A stretch of 11,001 nt of DNA, taken from the NCBI GenBank assembly GCA_033549025.1, contig JAWSUS010000036.1:1-11001 (forward strand), read 5' to 3'. The stretch is from Desulfuromonadales bacterium. GTDB taxonomy: Bacteria; Desulfobacterota; Desulfuromonadia; Desulfuromonadales; SZUA-540. Shown here one piece after another: positions 7,993-11,001 of this stretch. The translations under genes were made by a program, and so were the position numbers. Position 1 is the stretch's first letter. The number at the start of each line of letters is the position of its first letter. The notes beneath the pieces are model-generated. The model made no database searches. It saw only the letters and a list, made by a program, of their open reading frames with translations, and was not told the DNA's origin.

Positions 7993-8532
7993 ATGGATAA
8001 AATCATCTTTCTGTTAAAACAAGTTCGGAATTTATACTTAGTAAAATATAAATGGAGGCGTTACTCTATTGGAAATAACTTTCATGCTGGTCGTAATGTC
8101 GTGTTGTGGGCAAAAAAAAATATCATAATTAAAGATAATTGTTATATTGGAAGATTTTCACAAATAGAGTGTAGCGCCAATATCGGTAACAACGTTATGT
8201 TTGGAAATAATGTAGCAATAGTTGGTAAATACGATCACAACTTTCAACAAATCGGTAGCCCAACAAGGTTAGCATCGCAAATTAGGGATTCTAATTATAA
8301 TTGGAAAGGAATTGATTTAGAAGTTGTTATCGATGATGACGTTTGGGTTGGATATGGCTCAATTATCATTGGTGGTGTCAGAATTAGAAGAGGTTCTATC
8401 GTTGCTGCAGGCTCAGTTGTGACAAAAGATGTTCCCCCTTATGCTATCGTCGGTGGCAATCCTGCAAAAATTATAGGTTATAGGTTTAACCAGGAAGAGA
8501 TTGAATTACACGAATCAAAACTTTATAGATAG
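7993..8532 (+). CDS. LbH hexapeptide O-acyltransferase (maltose O-acetyltransferase/CatB-like)
   Basis: 179 aa. [71 protein letters not shown]. Confidence 0.88.
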   Translation: MDKIIFLLKQVRNLYLVKYKWRRYSIGNNFHAGRNVVLWAKKNIIIKDNCYIGRFSQIECSANIGNNVMFGNNVAIVGKYDHNFQQIGSPTRLASQIRDSNYNWKGIDLEVVIDDDVWVGYGSIIIGGVRIRRGSIVAAGSVVTKDVPPYAIVGGNPAKIIGYRFNQEEIELHESKLYR

Positions 8533-8647
8533 CTGCTGCGCCGCATCGAAACAAAATATATAGACGAGGCCAACGATGCCTTGCTGAAATAATACTACCT
8601 GACAATATAGAGCATCGATGTTGTGAACTTGAGAAAGGGTATGGGGG

Positions 8648-9433
8648 ATGAAGCAAGAATGGATCCTTGGCTATCCGGTCGCGGCGGAAACAGTCGATGG
8701 CTGTCTAGACAGAATTACATATTGGCTGCAACAAGGCGAGCGCCGTAAATTTTTCGCCTGTACCAACCCCCACTCCCTGGTGGTGGCCGAAGGCGATTCC
8801 GTCTTTCGTGAGGCACTGCTTAGTGCTCATTTGCTGACGCCAGATGGTGTTGGCATCCTGCATGGTTCTAGAATTCTTGGCAGGAAAATTCGCCATCGCG
8901 TCACCGGCAGCGATATCTTCTTCGGGCTCAGCCACCGTTTGGATCAGGCATTGGATAGCCATTACAGCTATTTCTTCCTGGGTGCCAGTGAGCATACCCT
9001 GCGTGACATTCAGACCCGCCTTGCCCGAGACTATCCCAACATCCGCTTCGCCGGTTCCTATTCCCCACCTTTCAAACCCGAGTTTGATGTTGAGGACAAT
9101 CACCGTATGATTGCCGCTATCAATGCCGTAAAGCCTGATGTGCTTTGGGTGGGCATGACAGCGCCCAAACAGGAAAAATGGATTTATCAGAATCTTGATC
9201 GCCTCGACATCGGTTTCGTTGGCGCCATCGGCGCTGTTTTCGATTTTTATACCGGGCGGGTCAAGCGTTCACACCCGATTTTCCAACGGTTAGGCCTAGA
9301 GTGGCTGCCACGACTCATCCAGGAACCGCGCCGTCTTTGGCGCCGCAATTTTGTCTCCACCCCCAAGTTTTTGTGGATGGTTCTGTCCCAGAGGATGCGA
9401 GGCAGTAAGCGGTTATCTGTAAAAAAGCAATAG
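8648..9433 (+). CDS. WecB/TagA/CpsF family glycosyltransferase (GT26)
   Basis: 261 aa. TNPHS, LTPDGVG, RVTGSD, FFLGA, YSPPF, PDVLWVGMTAPKQEKW, IGAVFDFYTG.VKRS, LGLEWLPRLIQEPRRLWRR. Confidence 0.93.
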   Translation: MKQEWILGYPVAAETVDGCLDRITYWLQQGERRKFFACTNPHSLVVAEGDSVFREALLSAHLLTPDGVGILHGSRILGRKIRHRVTGSDIFFGLSHRLDQALDSHYSYFFLGASEHTLRDIQTRLARDYPNIRFAGSYSPPFKPEFDVEDNHRMIAAINAVKPDVLWVGMTAPKQEKWIYQNLDRLDIGFVGAIGAVFDFYTGRVKRSHPIFQRLGLEWLPRLIQEPRRLWRRNFVSTPKFLWMVLSQRMRGSKRLSVKKQ

Positions 9434-9484
9434 TCGTCGCCGTGAGTTTTCCTTGCTGATTGAATACGCCAAAAAATTAAATTC

Positions 9485-9586
9485 CACCGCAAAGCCGCAA
9501 AGAACGCCAAGAAAGCCCTAATTGTCTTTCCACATACTTTCTTTGCGTTCTTTGCGTCTTGAGTGAACAAAGTGAACGGGCGGTGA
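9485..9586. repeat. Palindromic intergenic repeat with CGCAAAG(AA) nonamer-like core
   Basis: Arms 9492-9515 and 9537-9560 are inverted repeats with 22/24 matches. Outer CACCGC (9485-9490) pairs with GCGGTG (9580-9585). The tail GAGTGAACAAAGTGAACGGGCGGTGA resembles the tail of the repeats downstream of gmd. Confidence 0.8.
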
Positions 9587-9628
9587 ATCTGTTTCCGGCT
9601 CTGATTTTATCAATGAAAGGCTCAACCA

Positions 9629-10756
9629 ATGTCCGCTAAAATTGCACTCATCACCGGTATCACCGGCCAGGACGGCGCCTATCTCGCCGAATTTCTGCTC
9701 AAAAAAGGTTACGTCGTCCATGGCGTCAAGCGTCGCGCCTCGCTGTTCAACACCGACCGCATCGACCACCTCTACCAGGACCCGCACGTGGAGAACCGCA
9801 ACTTTATTCTTCACTACGGCGACCTGACCGATTCGACCAACCTGATCCGCATCATTCAGCAGGTGCAGCCGGACGAGATCTACAACCTGGCTGCTATGTC
9901 TCATGTCGCCGTTTCTTTCGAAACCCCCGAGTACACCGCCAACGCTGATGGTCTTGGCACTTTGCGTATTCTTGAAGCCATCCGGATCTTGGGGATGGAA
10001 AAAAAGACCCGCTTCTACCAGGCCTCGACTTCGGAACTCTACGGCCTGGTGCAGGAGACTCCCCAGAAGGAGACGACGCCGTTCTATCCACGTTCCCCCT
10101 ATGCCGTGGCCAAAATGTACGGTTTCTGGATCACGGTCAACTACCGCGAGGCTTATGGAATGTACGCCTGCAACGGCATCCTCTTTAACCACGAGTCTCC
10201 CGTTCGGGGTGAGACCTTCGTCACCCGCAAAATCACCCGTGCCGTGGCCCGTATCGCCTTGGGCCTGCAGGACTGCCTTTACCTGGGCAACATGAACGCG
10301 TTGCGCGACTGGGGTCATGCCCGAGACTATGTGGAGATGCAGTGGCTGATGCTGCAGCAGGAGCAGCCGGAAGACTTTGTCATTGCTACCGGTGTGCAGT
10401 TCAGCGTACGTGATTTTGTCAACGCGGCGGCAGGCGAGTTGGGGATCAAACTACGATGGGAAGGCGAGGGGGTTGACGAGGTGGGGATTGTCGATTCCGT
10501 CTCAAACGCCACACCCCTCACACCTAACCCCTCACTGGGCGATGTAATCGTCCGCGTCGACCCGCGCTACTTCCGGCCAACGGAGGTCGAGACCCTGCTT
10601 GGCGATCCGACCAAGGCCAAGGAGAAGCTGGGCTGGGTGCCCAAAACCAGCTTTCAGGAGTTGGTGAGCGAGATGGTCCGCGCCGACTTGGACGAAGCCA
10701 GGCGCGACGAACTTTGCCGCAGTCATGGGTTTAGTACGTTTGATTATCACGAGTAG
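9629..10756 (+). CDS. gmd: GDP-mannose 4,6-dehydratase
   Basis: 375 aa. [59 protein letters not shown] (YxxxK), [43 protein letters not shown]-like GAAAGG at 9615-9620. Confidence 0.98.
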   Translation: MSAKIALITGITGQDGAYLAEFLLKKGYVVHGVKRRASLFNTDRIDHLYQDPHVENRNFILHYGDLTDSTNLIRIIQQVQPDEIYNLAAMSHVAVSFETPEYTANADGLGTLRILEAIRILGMEKKTRFYQASTSELYGLVQETPQKETTPFYPRSPYAVAKMYGFWITVNYREAYGMYACNGILFNHESPVRGETFVTRKITRAVARIALGLQDCLYLGNMNALRDWGHARDYVEMQWLMLQQEQPEDFVIATGVQFSVRDFVNAAAGELGIKLRWEGEGVDEVGIVDSVSNATPLTPNPSLGDVIVRVDPRYFRPTEVETLLGDPTKAKEKLGWVPKTSFQELVSEMVRADLDEARRDELCRSHGFSTFDYHE

Positions 10757-10759
10757 GGA

Positions 10760-10882
10760 CAACTCTCGCCCGCTCCTTGCAGTCGCTAGAGACACAGAGA
10801 ACGCAGAGAAACCAGAGTCTTTTTTAGGCTTTGATCACTCTGTGACCTCTGTGCCTCGAGAGAGCGAAGCGAACGGGCGTGA
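10760..10882. repeat. About 123-bp palindromic repeat unit, copy 1 (REP/MITE-like)
   Basis: Nested inverted repeats: 10764-10775 with 10871-10882 (10/12), 10783-10787 with 10863-10867, and 10789-10808 with 10838-10857 (16/20). A near-identical second copy starts 137 bp later. Confidence 0.88.
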
Positions 10883-10896
10883 TACGGTCTTAAAGG

Positions 10897-11001
10897 CAAC
10901 TCTCGCCCGCTCCTTGCAGTCGCTAGAGACACAGAGATCGCAGAGAAACCAGAGTCTATTTTTTAGGTTTTGATCACTCTGTGGCCTCTGTGCCTCAAGA
11001 G
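10897..11001. repeat. Palindromic repeat unit, copy 2 (truncated by the window end)
   Basis: Matches copy 1 from CAACTCTCGCCCGC onward, with 4 substitutions and one 2-bp indel over the visible 105 bp. Confidence 0.88.

Noticed and set aside
9431..9438. TAGTCGTC resembling the reverse complement of the IS right end plus flank
   Set aside because: Only 8 bp match and the rest of the TIR is absent.
9518..10318. 266-aa minus-strand ORF
   Set aside because: It is an antisense shadow of the GC-rich gmd gene and runs into the intergenic repeat; no recognisable motifs.
10725..10973. 82-aa plus-strand ORF
   Set aside because: It is a translation of the tandem palindromic repeats and overlaps the gmd end.
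10760..11001. CRISPR array interpretation of the tandem repeats
   Set aside because: Units of about 123 bp with a 14-bp gap do not fit CRISPR repeat/spacer sizes, and no cas genes are present.

Overview
This window is part of a surface-polysaccharide (O-antigen/capsule/EPS) biosynthesis locus with every gene on the + strand. Gene order: serine-acetyltransferase-like LbH acyltransferase, a murB-murA paralog pair, an IS5-family element, a divergent GT4-like glycosyltransferase, a Wzy/O-antigen-ligase-family membrane protein, a second GT4, a second LbH acyltransferase, a WecB/TagA/CpsF glycosyltransferase, and gmd. The IS spans 2754-4278, with 15-bp TIRs, a 7-bp target duplication and a frameshifted transposase. 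By eye the locus is a GC mosaic. The most striking feature is a coupled, divergent MurB+MurA pair inside a Wzy-type glycan cluster. It probably makes a lactyl-ether (1-carboxyethyl) nucleotide sugar for the surface polymer rather than for peptidoglycan, and murA carries an in-frame G9 tract that could switch it on and off. A family of long palindromic repeats with 9-mer cores flanks gmd (one copy upstream, two tandem copies downstream). All protein calls come from motif recognition only; no database searches were run.
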